Position numbers and translations under genes: made by a program. From a virus (taxonomy: Duplodnaviria > Caudoviricetes), in IMG/VR virus record IMGVR_UViG_3300032722_000079, positions 1-31,772 of that record: a DNA stretch of 31,772 bases. One strand, given 5' to 3'. Shown here one piece after another: positions 1 through 9,399 of the stretch (position 1 is the first letter of the stretch; each line of letters opens with the position of its first letter). The notes beneath the pieces were generated by a model. It ran no database searches, was not told where the DNA came from, and saw only the letters and a list, made by a program, of their open reading frames with translations.

Positions 1-126
1 GCGAATGGAGTGATTCGTTTGTTTGCCAGGTTCTGGTCATAGTTGATACCACCAAGCGGGAGATAATAAAACCTGTCGAACAGGTTCGTTATACCAAAGT
101 CCATCCGGAGGTTTTTGTATTGGTAC
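1..126 (-). pseudogene. 3' part of interrupted host TonB-dependent receptor-like gene (runs off window)
   Basis: Minus-strand frame reads YQYKNLRMDFGITNLFDRFYYLPLGGINYD; the NLFD-x-x-Y motif is typical of TBDR C-terminal strands; continuous with the right flank. Confidence 0.8.
122..126 (+). repeat. 5-bp target-site duplication GGTAC, left copy (right copy 31647-31651)
   Basis: Exact 5-bp direct repeat that cannot be extended on either side; 5 bp is the Mu-family duplication length. Confidence 0.92.
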
Positions 127-174
127 TATAACGCGACAATCAGTTTCAGAAAAAAAGACAAGCAGTTTCAGAAA
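127..174 (+). repeat. Left prophage end with two tandem putative transposase-binding sites
   Basis: GACAATCAGTTTCAGAAA (135-152) and GACAAGCAGTTTCAGAAA (157-174), 17/18 identical, 22-bp period; 127-152 matches the reverse complement of 31621-31646 at 19/26. Confidence 0.85.
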
Positions 175-250
175 TTTAAAAGCTCGTTAACACCATTAAC
201 AATTTGACGTAATTTAACACCTGTTCAATGGGTGATAAACGAAGGATAAA

Positions 251-658
251 CTACAGCAAAGAGGCCTCTAAAAAGTACGTATCTGTTTGTTCAAGAGACC
301 ACCTTAAAAAGGTTGCAATATCAAGAACAAGAGCATGTGATCGAGATACGGATGTGCGATATTCCCACTCTATTTGCGCTGCCTTACTCATCCCCATAAT
401 CGCCTTCTCAACATCATCAAGAACACCAAGAGCAAGCAACTTTAGACGGCATTGCACCATAGTAATTGATTGAGGTATTATTGTCGGTAGAGGCTGAGCT
501 TTTGCCCAGCAGCCGCCGGCATGCCCATCCCCAATTCCAAACCCGATAGGGAGTGGAATCCACCCATTTTCAGTTATCAAATCCTCAACAGTATGGGGAT
601 CCTCTATATCAATAACATTCGTAATCTTTTCGTCTACTATTACTGCGTAATTTGGCAT
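251..658 (-). CDS. Phage tail-fibre-associated protein (putative chaperone)
   Basis: 135 aa, directly follows the fibre gene; IGDG..GG.W and ITxxQxRLxL...EWEY segments resemble fibre-adjacent phage proteins. Confidence 0.6.
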   Translation of the reverse strand: MPNYAVIVDEKITNVIDIEDPHTVEDLITENGWIPLPIGFGIGDGHAGGCWAKAQPLPTIIPQSITMVQCRLKLLALGVLDDVEKAIMGMSKAAQIEWEYRTSVSRSHALVLDIATFLRWSLEQTDTYFLEASLL

Positions 659-663
659 TCGGT

Positions 664-1680
664 TTAAGTTTTTATGATTATCGCACCTTTGTTCCCATCT
701 CCTGTAGGAGTATTTGATCCTAATCCTGCGGCTCCAATCGTAGACGTGTATGCTGTACCAATCACGAGATTGGTATAACGTTTAATTGCATAACTTCCAT
801 TAGAACCACAAGCTGTTGTATTGTTAACAGGATTACTATTTCCTATTGTCCCAAATATCCCTGGTAACATTACATCATGGCTTACACCGTCTATAAATGC
901 ACATAAACCTTGAGCATTAATATCCCCATTAGTGCCGATTGGTGGTCTGCCACCAAAATATTGTATGCCAGAAGAAGATGCCGGATATCCACCAGGAGCA
1001 GTGATAGTCGTTGGGCCTACAAAGGATGTTGTTCCTCCAGCGGTAGCAGTACCACTTGTGCTATAAGAACCGCCACCTCCGCCGATAACAGTAACTTCTG
1101 CTGAGGTTGAAGTTGCCGTCCAAGTTCCTGTTGTTGTTATAATCGTGGTGTTTGACGAAATATCACCTGAAGCCAGCAGGTTTACTCCACCAATTGTCTT
1201 TACCGCAGACCACAACGTTGCAGTTCCATTAGTGCTAAGTATTTTCCCACTATTGGATGTCTGATCTGCGACTTGTGATAACAGTGCCCAGTTTGTTGTA
1301 TCCGACGCAGGGTCAGTTGTACCTGACCCTGCCGTCTTACGTCTGTACGATTGATAGTTTGTTGGAGACCAGCGTACATCGCCAATGGCGTACGAGGTTC
1401 CTGACACCCACTTTGAAGCATTGACAGCACTAATTGCTGTATTTAGCAGCGCATTAGCGCTTAAAATATTATTAGCACTGGTTATCACATCCGACGCGGT
1501 ACTTGCTGCGTCTGAGTCACATTGATTAGCTGTTAGATTAGCTTGATTCGTCCAGGCTGCAAGTTCAGCTTCATGAGTCACCCACCAAGAGAGGAAATTT
1601 GCAACAGCACTAGAAAATGTTGTTTTATCACCTCTAACTGGAGGAGAAGGAGGTGTAGTAAGAGTTTGAGTTATACTCAT
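664..1680 (-). CDS. Tail fibre/spike-like protein with carbohydrate-binding-like module and Gly-rich C-terminal domain
   Basis: 338 aa, Thr/Ser/Gly-rich; WVSGTSYAIGDVR (CBM5/12-like); VIGGGGGS; distal position in tail operon. Confidence 0.7.
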   Translation of the reverse strand: MSITQTLTTPPSPPVRGDKTTFSSAVANFLSWWVTHEAELAAWTNQANLTANQCDSDAASTASDVITSANNILSANALLNTAISAVNASKWVSGTSYAIGDVRWSPTNYQSYRRKTAGSGTTDPASDTTNWALLSQVADQTSNSGKILSTNGTATLWSAVKTIGGVNLLASGDISSNTTIITTTGTWTATSTSAEVTVIGGGGGSYSTSGTATAGGTTSFVGPTTITAPGGYPASSSGIQYFGGRPPIGTNGDINAQGLCAFIDGVSHDVMLPGIFGTIGNSNPVNNTTACGSNGSYAIKRYTNLVIGTAYTSTIGAAGLGSNTPTGDGNKGAIIIKT

Positions 1681-2636
1681 TATATCAGTCCGGTTACTCT
1701 AAACTTTATGATCATATCGTTAATTCCAACAAAGGTTCTGCGCCATTCCTCTAAAACGCCATAAATGATGTATGATTGATACGATATCGGCCCTTGATTA
1801 AGATCATAAACTCCACCGGTGGCCCTCATGCTATTGAGAAAATTGACTATCGCATCAGACTCCTCAGTCTTGACACGTATAACGGCATTAATATCAGGGG
1901 CGTAGTTACCCTGTTTCAGATACCGATCGCCAAAATCATCAGGTATATCCTTAGAGAAATCAAGCGCCCCGTCATCCATTCCTTTTTGTGTGCGGCCTAT
2001 ATCTTTTGAAGATCCAGGGGAAATTTTCCCTACAGAGACTGTCCCAGGCGACGATAAGAGTATTCTGATTTTATCACTACTACCAGTTATCAAGCCTAGC
2101 TCAATAGAAAATTTAGACCTTGGATCAGGAGGCTCTGAAAAAAACCAGTCATAGTAATCATCAACGAGATCAAGACCATAATACAGATCTAGGGTTCCAC
2201 TATCCCACAAGGCTGTACCTAATGAATCCAACACTATCGCCTGGGCTGTTGAAGCAACAACTCCAAGGAAGTACAGCGTCCCCACATATGGCTTTTGAAT
2301 GATTTGGTCAATTATCAGGGGATTAGTGCTACAAGTTGAGAGATACCCATCCCATACCTTCATACGATTGATCATCCCGACAATAAGCCAATACGGGTCG
2401 GCGATCGGTGCAAATCCTGCATTAAGCCAATCATTATTGACGTTCACACCACCGGCATACAGGTCAGGATCTTTGCCTATATTGCCATCTTTTGCAGACT
2501 CATACAAAAAGACTCCTTTGTACCGCTGATCACCAATCGCATATGTCTCTGTACTCGACCAGATCGTTTCAGTTATCGGAATATTCGTTGAAACGATATC
2601 TTCCGATGTTATCGCAACAGGCTTCATCGCTCTCAT
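1680..2636 (-). CDS. Tail tip / distal-tail-like protein
   Basis: 318 aa, coupled to tape measure by an ATGA overlap; WSSTETYAIGDQR module; DDFGD motif. Confidence 0.6.
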   Translation of the reverse strand: MRAMKPVAITSEDIVSTNIPITETIWSSTETYAIGDQRYKGVFLYESAKDGNIGKDPDLYAGGVNVNNDWLNAGFAPIADPYWLIVGMINRMKVWDGYLSTCSTNPLIIDQIIQKPYVGTLYFLGVVASTAQAIVLDSLGTALWDSGTLDLYYGLDLVDDYYDWFFSEPPDPRSKFSIELGLITGSSDKIRILLSSPGTVSVGKISPGSSKDIGRTQKGMDDGALDFSKDIPDDFGDRYLKQGNYAPDINAVIRVKTEESDAIVNFLNSMRATGGVYDLNQGPISYQSYIIYGVLEEWRRTFVGINDMIIKFRVTGLI

Positions 2637-5600
2637 GATGATCTCGTGATCACGCCATTTTTTTGAAAGTCACGGATCGCAAATTTAATGTCACTTACGG
2701 TCTTATTACCATCTTCAGCAACGACCTTGCTCTCCTGTATCATCTGCTTGAGATCAATAATCGCCTTTTCAACATCTCTTAACGTCGCGTCTTTACTCGC
2801 CAGTGATTGTATTAATCCCGCATTCCTTGCAACAATTCTTGCGTACTCAAGGGGATCAGTAGACAACGATCGAGCCGTTGCAAGTACGTTGCCTACCGCT
2901 CCACTTATACTATTTAATGCTGTAATCCGTGTATCACTGTTGCTTGAGAGTGCGTCTTGTACAAGCTGATTAACTACTGCTTGTTGAGATAACTCTAACC
3001 CTCGGCCACGACTTAACGCAGTGGTCTCTGAGTTTGTCCACAAACTCCTGCTATACGCAAGAAGAGAGTCCGCAGCTTTCTGAAGATCCGTTGCCGCTGT
3101 AGTGGTTGTCTCTGCTGCAGTTGTCTGTGCATCTGCAAGTTGCTGCTGTAAAGTCGCGATCTGATCTGTCAAGCGTGATGTCGCCTGAGCAACCATATCA
3201 TTAAGTTGTTGCTGGCTTTGCTGCGTTATGTCTGCAGCAGTTTGAGCTGCCTCAGATGTTGTTGTTGATGCTGCTGTTGATGGTGCCGATCCAAGCAATC
3301 CCGCTCCGGCCAATATGTCGCTGAAGGTTTGTATTTGAGGCGCAAGACTATCCACAATAGCTCTGCCGGAGTCGGAAAAAGACTGCAACGCAGAGGAAGA
3401 GACAGGCCCTGCTGCGTATGCTGCCGTGACACTATTCATCCAAGGCTGCAATGCCGGCGTAATCACCGAGGACGAAAATTCAGTTATCGCAGCTTGAGAT
3501 AAGGTGTTATTTATTGTTGTCGTGAAATCCGTCTGAAATTGAGCTGCCGCGCTCATCGAATTTTTGAAAGCGTTACTCAATGAACTTGTTAATGTTCCGG
3601 CAAAGTTATTCGTCTGATCAATAGCCGTTGTGGTGGCACTTGTAGCTGTTGTTGTCGCCGCAGTTGTTGCCGCAGTTGTCGAGGCAACACGCAGGCCCAT
3701 AGCATCCAAACCGGAAACGAACTGAGTGACCGCAGGTATCAAACTCTCAGTTACTGATTTTACCCTGTCGAAAGCCGAAGCGATATCCTGATCAGATCCA
3801 CCATTAGCCATCAAGTTCGCCACATCAGCCATAACCGGCTGGAGTGCAGGCATAATAACGGAACTTGCAAACATCTGGATATCGATACTCCGTATAGCTT
3901 GAGCAATACTATCCTCAAGCTTTCCAGCGAATGTTGCCCCTGCAGTACCATCAGTTCCAGCAGCATTTATAGCATCATTCAGGAATCCTGTAACACTGGT
4001 CTGCGATATCCCGGTTAAAGCAACAATTAGCTCGTTTTGCTTTGCTAACTGTAAATCAGCCGTGTTCCCAACCGTTTTTTGAAGAGCTTCGTACTTGTAA
4101 TTGATATTTGCAACCGCCGTTGCAACAGAATCATTGGAAAAACTCTTTATTGCCGTATCAATGGCCTGAAGGCTATTAAGATAATTAACCAGGTTAACAC
4201 CGGCTTGACCTGTCCAGGCTGTAGACGTTCCAGCCGCATCGAATAACGATTGAGTGCCTCCGCCGGTTAAGGAATCCGGAAGTATTCCTTGAACATTATT
4301 TGCCCGCAACTCCTTGAGATTGGCGTCTGAATATCCGGCAGCTGCCATTATTTTCTGTGCAACAACACTACCAGCTGCTGCAAGCTGCTCGATAGATTGA
4401 CGGGACGATGCATTAGTGTTATCAAGATTGGTTGTATCACGGCCAACGAACAACGATGAGATGAGAGAGGTCGCCGTTGTTGCCGCGGCTATATAAGGAT
4501 TCCCCGTCGAAGCAAAGCTTGAAGCACCTGCTGCAAGAGAGTTCAGAACAGGGCTTTGCGTACCTGTTGCTTTTATCAGACCAGCGCCAAGTTGCGCCAC
4601 CCCCTCAGTGGTCTTTGTAGAGTCAGTCAGGACAGTCGCCAGCCCTTTCGAAATATCCGACAATCCCTTGATAGCCTTCCCACCCATTGCAACATAAGCC
4701 TCACCAACCGCATCAACCGATGAGACGATATCAGCATACAATTCCTTCTGCTTTGCAAGGGTTTTCTGCATGTTCTCATGCGCATACCTTTCTATGTTTA
4801 CAGCTTCGGCAAGTTCATTGCTCCCTTCCTTGCCAAGTCTTTTCGCTGCAGCAACACGCTCCTCTGCGGATTTAACACCAAGCAGAGCATCGGATACCGA
4901 GAGCGTATCATCCTTGTATGTTCCTAAGTATTTCTCAGCCTGAATGTGTAATGTTTCCGACTCTTTTAACGACTGGTTATATGCCGTAGTCTTAGTCTTA
5001 AGCAGTTCATCAGCCGCGGATACATCTTTCTTCGCATTAACCAAATGCTCCGCAACCTTCGCCCAACCGGCATCAGTGGTCGCACTCTCTTTCGATGCCG
5101 CGGTATATGCTTCTCTGGCTTTCATTGCAGATTCTTCAGCCTCAGCGACAGTATCGGTCGCTTCTTCCCGCTTTTTCATCGAAGCATTATACTCGTTGAT
5201 GGCACCAGCATAAGCATTCCACCCAGCAACACTCTCAGCCGGAGAGGCTTTGTTTGCTTTGGCTGCATCCTTTTCGATCCGCAATTTTATCGCACTTTGT
5301 TTGTCCTCTATATTTAAGTTTTGCTGGTTGATGGCGTACTGCTTTTTCGCCTCATCCGTTGTCATTTTATAATACGTAGTCATCAATCGAACATCCTCTG
5401 TCTCGCCAAGGGTTATTTTTGCTCCCTTGATTTTCTCGGCGGCTATTGACTCGTATGTAGAGAGTTCAAGTTTTGCGTTGGTATATGCGGTAGGGTCAGC
5501 AGCGTAATACCCAGACAAAGAACTGATAACTGTAGAGACTAGTGACGGCTTCGCTTCCTTGATGGCCGCCTGCCTTGATAACGTGCCTTCGAGATAAGCC

Positions 5601-6316
5601 TTTTGATCTATAAGCTGCTGTAATTCAAGTTTAAGCTTAGCGAGCCCTTCAGCTCCATGTATTTGGACGGTCAACCCGAAATCTTTGTACTTCTGAATAC
5701 CTTCCAGCTGTTGGTCAAGATCCGCAACCTTAGTTCCTGCAAGGCCAAGCGCATTGGCAACCTTTGCCCCATACATATCCCATGCAACCCATAAAGCAGT
5801 AATCGCAGAAACAGCAATCCCAACACCTGCAGGACTCATTAACCCCTGCAAGAGGAGCTTAGACATTGATGTACCGGTGGCATCTGCTTCTTCCCTCAAC
5901 CGTCCCATTGAACCAGGTAGCTGCTGCAGGTTATTAGCTATACCCTGCATACCATACGGCATATCCTGTATGACTCGACCTAAGTCAATCATCGCGCCAT
6001 TAAGTGCCCGACTATTCGTTATAGCAGCGGGGGCAATCATTTTTTCCGAAGCGCCACTGAGCTGGTGAATCTGCGCCTGGAGATCCTGCGATTTCGCCTT
6101 CAAGGCATCGAAAGCCTCTGTCCCTACATGTAAGTCGGCAAACTTGGAGTGTACCTGAGCGAGTTCTTTTCCAAGAGAGTTTAAGGAACTTTCCGTAGCC
6201 GCAACCGTTTGACCGGCACGCCCGAGGCTCTCATCAAGCTGCTGCACCCCGGAGAGGTCAGACTCTCCGGTTTGAATAGCAACTCTAAGTTTGATCTCCT
6301 CTATTGTCAAAGCCAT
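2633..6316 (-). CDS. Tail tape measure protein
   Basis: 1227 aa, Ala-rich helical; LGRVIQDMPYGMQGIANNLQQL motif; follows tube and chaperone genes. Confidence 0.9.
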   Translation of the reverse strand: MALTIEEIKLRVAIQTGESDLSGVQQLDESLGRAGQTVAATESSLNSLGKELAQVHSKFADLHVGTEAFDALKAKSQDLQAQIHQLSGASEKMIAPAAITNSRALNGAMIDLGRVIQDMPYGMQGIANNLQQLPGSMGRLREEADATGTSMSKLLLQGLMSPAGVGIAVSAITALWVAWDMYGAKVANALGLAGTKVADLDQQLEGIQKYKDFGLTVQIHGAEGLAKLKLELQQLIDQKAYLEGTLSRQAAIKEAKPSLVSTVISSLSGYYAADPTAYTNAKLELSTYESIAAEKIKGAKITLGETEDVRLMTTYYKMTTDEAKKQYAINQQNLNIEDKQSAIKLRIEKDAAKANKASPAESVAGWNAYAGAINEYNASMKKREEATDTVAEAEESAMKAREAYTAASKESATTDAGWAKVAEHLVNAKKDVSAADELLKTKTTAYNQSLKESETLHIQAEKYLGTYKDDTLSVSDALLGVKSAEERVAAAKRLGKEGSNELAEAVNIERYAHENMQKTLAKQKELYADIVSSVDAVGEAYVAMGGKAIKGLSDISKGLATVLTDSTKTTEGVAQLGAGLIKATGTQSPVLNSLAAGASSFASTGNPYIAAATTATSLISSLFVGRDTTNLDNTNASSRQSIEQLAAAGSVVAQKIMAAAGYSDANLKELRANNVQGILPDSLTGGGTQSLFDAAGTSTAWTGQAGVNLVNYLNSLQAIDTAIKSFSNDSVATAVANINYKYEALQKTVGNTADLQLAKQNELIVALTGISQTSVTGFLNDAINAAGTDGTAGATFAGKLEDSIAQAIRSIDIQMFASSVIMPALQPVMADVANLMANGGSDQDIASAFDRVKSVTESLIPAVTQFVSGLDAMGLRVASTTAATTAATTTATSATTTAIDQTNNFAGTLTSSLSNAFKNSMSAAAQFQTDFTTTINNTLSQAAITEFSSSVITPALQPWMNSVTAAYAAGPVSSSALQSFSDSGRAIVDSLAPQIQTFSDILAGAGLLGSAPSTAASTTTSEAAQTAADITQQSQQQLNDMVAQATSRLTDQIATLQQQLADAQTTAAETTTTAATDLQKAADSLLAYSRSLWTNSETTALSRGRGLELSQQAVVNQLVQDALSSNSDTRITALNSISGAVGNVLATARSLSTDPLEYARIVARNAGLIQSLASKDATLRDVEKAIIDLKQMIQESKVVAEDGNKTVSDIKFAIRDFQKNGVITRSS

Positions 6317-6468
6317 TACTCTTCCTCTTTCTCGTTTTTAATTATCGCCCGAGCCCTCCAGTAATTCATCTCTTCATAGCTGACCTCGACCTCCGTTCGG
6401 GCTTTCGACATCCCGAGCATCTCGGCAAGGTCAAACCAGCTCATCAGCTCGGGATCGTCGTAAAATCC
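6316..6468 (-). CDS. Tail assembly chaperone gpT-like -1 frame extension (absent from ORF track)
   Basis: -1 frame FYDDPELMSWFDLAEMLGMSKARTEVEVSYEEMNYWRARAIIKNEKEEE* ends in TAATG overlapping the tape-measure start; slippery G GAT TTT at 6462-6468. Confidence 0.75.
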   Translation of the reverse strand, partial: GFYDDPELMSWFDLAEMLGMSKARTEVEVSYEEMNYWRARAIIKNEKEEE

Positions 6469-6794
6469 TGCTTAGCCTCATCAACCGTTTTAATCGCCTT
6501 CATCTTATTGTAGAGCTCCTCTACCTCATTCTGGAAATGGAACTCCAGCAACGCCTGGAAATCATCATTTGAGAACAGCCTTGCTCCATCACTGTCAAGA
6601 GCCTTCATAATGACATACCGGGTCCACATCGCAGCATTGGACTCTCCTGAACTCCCCTGTGTAACCACCTTATTCGTTTCATTCGGTGACAATGGCACAA
6701 AGTAAATTGTCTTATCCCATGCCTGGACATAATGTGACTGCTTGTTCTTGACAAGAGCTGTGTCAATCACCCTGAGTTGGTCAATAAAACCCAT
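6444..6794 (-). CDS. Tail assembly chaperone (gpG-like)
   Basis: 116 aa between tube and tape measure; ALDSDGARLFS motif. Confidence 0.8.
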   Translation of the reverse strand: MGFIDQLRVIDTALVKNKQSHYVQAWDKTIYFVPLSPNETNKVVTQGSSGESNAAMWTRYVIMKALDSDGARLFSNDDFQALLEFHFQNEVEELYNKMKAIKTVDEAKQDFTTIPS

Positions 6795-6851
6795 AATAAA
6801 TACTGTTAAACGGTTGTTAAATGATGAAAAAATACCCTATGTATTACGCTC

Positions 6852-7277
6852 TTATGTTGCCGTCCCCTTTGTCGGAGTCGAAGCATAAACCAGTTTATAA
6901 GTACCTGTCTGTGTCTTGTTTTTAGCTGGTGCACCCTGATTCGGAACATCGGTAACATAAGCCGAGCCCGTCCATTCAATTGCACCAGTGGTCTTGCCGT
7001 CCGGATAAAATTTAACGGCAGAAATGAGTGTTCCTGCAGCAAAAGCGGTATCCATAGCGACTTGGCCATTGGTGTCTGTCGAATCTATGGCAACATCAAT
7101 GGCAAGATCCCGCGGAGCTGAGGCACCTCCCGTAGCAATCACATCAGGCTCTAACAAATGCAACTCATCTGATAGCACCGGAGGCCGTGGCGGAATGGTA
7201 AAGGTTACTGTATTGATATGCAAAACTGGACTGGTACCGATATAGACATCAGCCTGATTAACTGTTTTCCTTGCCAT
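6852..7277 (-). CDS. Major tail tube protein
   Basis: 141 aa; FYPDG...WTGSAYVT pattern of siphoviral tube proteins; gene order. Confidence 0.8.
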   Translation of the reverse strand: MARKTVNQADVYIGTSPVLHINTVTFTIPPRPPVLSDELHLLEPDVIATGGASAPRDLAIDVAIDSTDTNGQVAMDTAFAAGTLISAVKFYPDGKTTGAIEWTGSAYVTDVPNQGAPAKNKTQTGTYKLVYASTPTKGTAT

Positions 7278-7440
7278 CCTGTGTCTCCTGTTTGATTATT
7301 GGTTTTTCGATGTTTTTATTTTCCTTCAGAACCCAGCCCTGTTTAAGCAGCTCTTTAGCCACCCAGTCAACAGTAGCCCTTTCGTCACCTTGAGGGCTCA
7401 CAATATCAATGAACACCTCTCCATTTTCAGACTGATTCAT
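7258..7440 (-). CDS. Small hypothetical virion-region protein
   Basis: Fills the gap between tail completion and tube genes; ATG at 7440 preferred over the track start 7452. Confidence 0.5.
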   Translation of the reverse strand: MNQSENGEVFIDIVSPQGDERATVDWVAKELLKQGWVLKENKNIEKPIIKQETQDGKENS

Positions 7441-7864
7441 CCGCATTACCATCCTCCGTTTGATATTCTACTTTATATTCTACGTCAAGCACTGTATGTT
7501 TTAATGCTGCTTTTTCATTGTGCGTCCGCCTTGATACACTGTAGATGAGGTTTGTCGCCAGACCGTTCAAATAACCTCCGTTTACAAAATCACCATATAA
7601 AGCAGACTCAACTTCAGAGTGTACCTGGTTAATAACAACATGATCATCACCCTTAACAGTGATTCCTATTTTCAACGCTAGCGATTTTTCTGTTGCCCGT
7701 AAACTGCCTCCAATATTACCTTCAGCACCAAAAGAGATCGTTATACCTGGCATTGTATCCGGAGTTTCAGGATGCTCAGTTGCCTGGAAAACATTATTTC
7801 CCGTTGTATCCAACCCAGTCAAGAGTGTCACAACCCGATTGAGTATTTGTGTTTTCACATGCAT
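7427..7864 (-). CDS. Tail terminator/completion protein (lambda gpU-like)
   Basis: 145 aa; MHVKTQIL..V...L.GL..TG.NVF start and EVESAL; upstream of tube gene. Confidence 0.65.
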   Translation of the reverse strand: MHVKTQILNRVVTLLTGLDTTGNNVFQATEHPETPDTMPGITISFGAEGNIGGSLRATEKSLALKIGITVKGDDHVVINQVHSEVESALYGDFVNGGYLNGLATNLIYSVSRRTHNEKAALKHTVLDVEYKVEYQTEDGNADESV

Positions 7865-8349
7865 CAGGCAACTCTCCTTGTTTGCGTTTTCACGCTAAGC
7901 AAGATCCCATATGTCCATGCTCCTTTACGCTCTTCGACATAATCATCACGTTCAAGCTCAACGCCATCAACACAACCGTCCGGAAGAAATCCAATGAGTC
8001 GTAATGCAGCAAGATCCAGCAACTCATAAATTCCTGCGCCCGTATCTCTTGCAAGAAGTGAATCAGAGAATACAAGTACTTCATACCCCATAGTCCGATC
8101 CTGCACCGTAATTCCACAAACCTCTCGCTTTCTTGAATATTTTGATCCAGTGTACCGTACAACAAGAGCACCACTCGTCGCAAGCGTAACAAGAAGCTGT
8201 TCAGATGGCTGCCGTGGATAAGACTCAACCTTTACAGGCACATCAACAGTAGTGCCATCAGGCTTCTGAAGGGTCTTAACCAGTGCCGGTAAACCAGTTA
8301 TTTCCTCCTGAAGACGCGACTTAAGTGCACCTTCGATATCATCTATTAC
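7864..8349 (-). CDS. Mu Gp37-like head-tail/tail completion protein
   Basis: VESYP...GALVVRYTGSKY...GIYELLD...LIGFLP pattern recalled for the Gp37 family; start uncertain (8349 GTG or 8358 ATG). Confidence 0.7.
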   Translation of the reverse strand, partial: VIDDIEGALKSRLQEEITGLPALVKTLQKPDGTTVDVPVKVESYPRQPSEQLLVTLATSGALVVRYTGSKYSRKREVCGITVQDRTMGYEVLVFSDSLLARDTGAGIYELLDLAALRLIGFLPDGCVDGVELERDDYVEERKGAWTYGILLSVKTQTRRVA

Positions 8350-9083
8350 ACTTTGCATAACGCTGTTTTATGTTCCTTGAGCCGGTCCACACAGTTCAAA
8401 TAATTCATCATATCCTTCTCGATACAGATATATCTCCGATCAGTGTTTATTGCCGCAATGGCTGAAGTTCCACTTCCTGCCGTATTGTCCAGGACAACAT
8501 CACCGATATCAGTATAGGTCTTGATCAGGTATTCAAATAACGCTAAAGGCTTTTGCGTGCTATGAATCACTTTCTCACAGGTGTTCGAAAACTCAACCAG
8601 GTCTTTTGGAAACCTTCTCCCTGGGTTCACCGTCTCACACCGTTTCACTTCCCGATATATTCCAGGCTTCCCCGTATTCCGTCGTTTCGTGATGTATGGT
8701 GATCCTGGCTCAAACTGAGGGTTATACTTTGTCCTTCCTTTTGCAAATACCAGTATATCCTCATGGATCCTGAGCGGCATCTTGTTAGCATTCAAAAATC
8801 CCACTGCTCTCGACTTCTTCCAAACCCACTTATACCTGAACCACTTCCGGTTACTGTTGATCAGTTTTGTTTCGAAGGGTTGAGTTGCAGTCAGTACAAC
8901 AACGCCACCCGTCTTTAGCATTCTTTGATACTCTTTCCACAACTTTTCGAGATCAAGCTCAACATCCCAATTACAAGCGGTTATTCCATAAGGGAGATCA
9001 CACAACACCATATCAATACTTCGATCCTCGATAAACTCAAACACATCAAAACAATCCCCGAAATGCAACGAATCCAACTCCAT
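8346..9083 (-). CDS. Orphan N6-adenine/N4-cytosine DNA methyltransferase (beta class)
   Basis: DLPY motif IV, H-S-TQKP, VLDNTAGSGT SAM-binding motif; no cognate endonuclease nearby. Confidence 0.92.
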   Translation of the reverse strand: MELDSLHFGDCFDVFEFIEDRSIDMVLCDLPYGITACNWDVELDLEKLWKEYQRMLKTGGVVVLTATQPFETKLINSNRKWFRYKWVWKKSRAVGFLNANKMPLRIHEDILVFAKGRTKYNPQFEPGSPYITKRRNTGKPGIYREVKRCETVNPGRRFPKDLVEFSNTCEKVIHSTQKPLALFEYLIKTYTDIGDVVLDNTAGSGTSAIAAINTDRRYICIEKDMMNYLNCVDRLKEHKTALCKV

Positions 9084-9105
9084 TAAAGCACTACTTTTAC
9101 TTCTA

Positions 9106-9399
9106 TTAACTCAACGTGTAAAACCTTTCAACCTTTTTTATCACTGCTATAAACGGGATCTCGTCGCCATACTTTTCCATCTGGCCAATCAATACATCGC
9201 TTCCCGTAAACACTACCTTATGAACACCATCAATTTCTATCTGCAGGGTCAGACATTTTCCGCTTTTGTTCTTCCCAAACTTGCTCTCGGTAATTCGAGA
9301 GCCTATTACGGTCACTTCACGATTGATCAGGTCATCCAGTTTTATCTTATCGCCATCAAGCACCGATGGGGCATCCGCAAAATCAGCAAATCGTTTCAC
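9106..9399 (-). CDS. Conserved-looking 97-aa beta-rich protein downstream of the DGR RT
   Basis: GTG at 9399 overlaps the upstream TGA (GTGA) with a purine-rich RBS; reads MKRFADF...LDGDKIKLDDLINREVTV...VFTGSDVLI...IPF. Confidence 0.75.
   Translation of the reverse strand: MKRFADFADAPSVLDGDKIKLDDLINREVTVIGSRITESKFGKNKSGKCLTLQIEIDGVHKVVFTGSDVLIGQMEKYGDEIPFIAVIKKVERFYTLS

Noticed and set aside
116-126. Canonical TG start at 116 (TGTATTG, Mu-like) or 121, paired with CA at 31653-31654
   Set aside because: These give no target duplication and lie inside the host coding frame; 127/31646 gives both a 5-bp duplication and frame restoration.
135-174. Short direct repeats as a CRISPR array
   Set aside because: Only two copies 4 nt apart and no cas genes; better explained as transposase sites.
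664-900. Second VR at the end of the tail fibre gene
   Set aside because: No similarity to TR seen by eye; the C-terminus is a Gly-rich domain. A BLAST of TR against the window would confirm.
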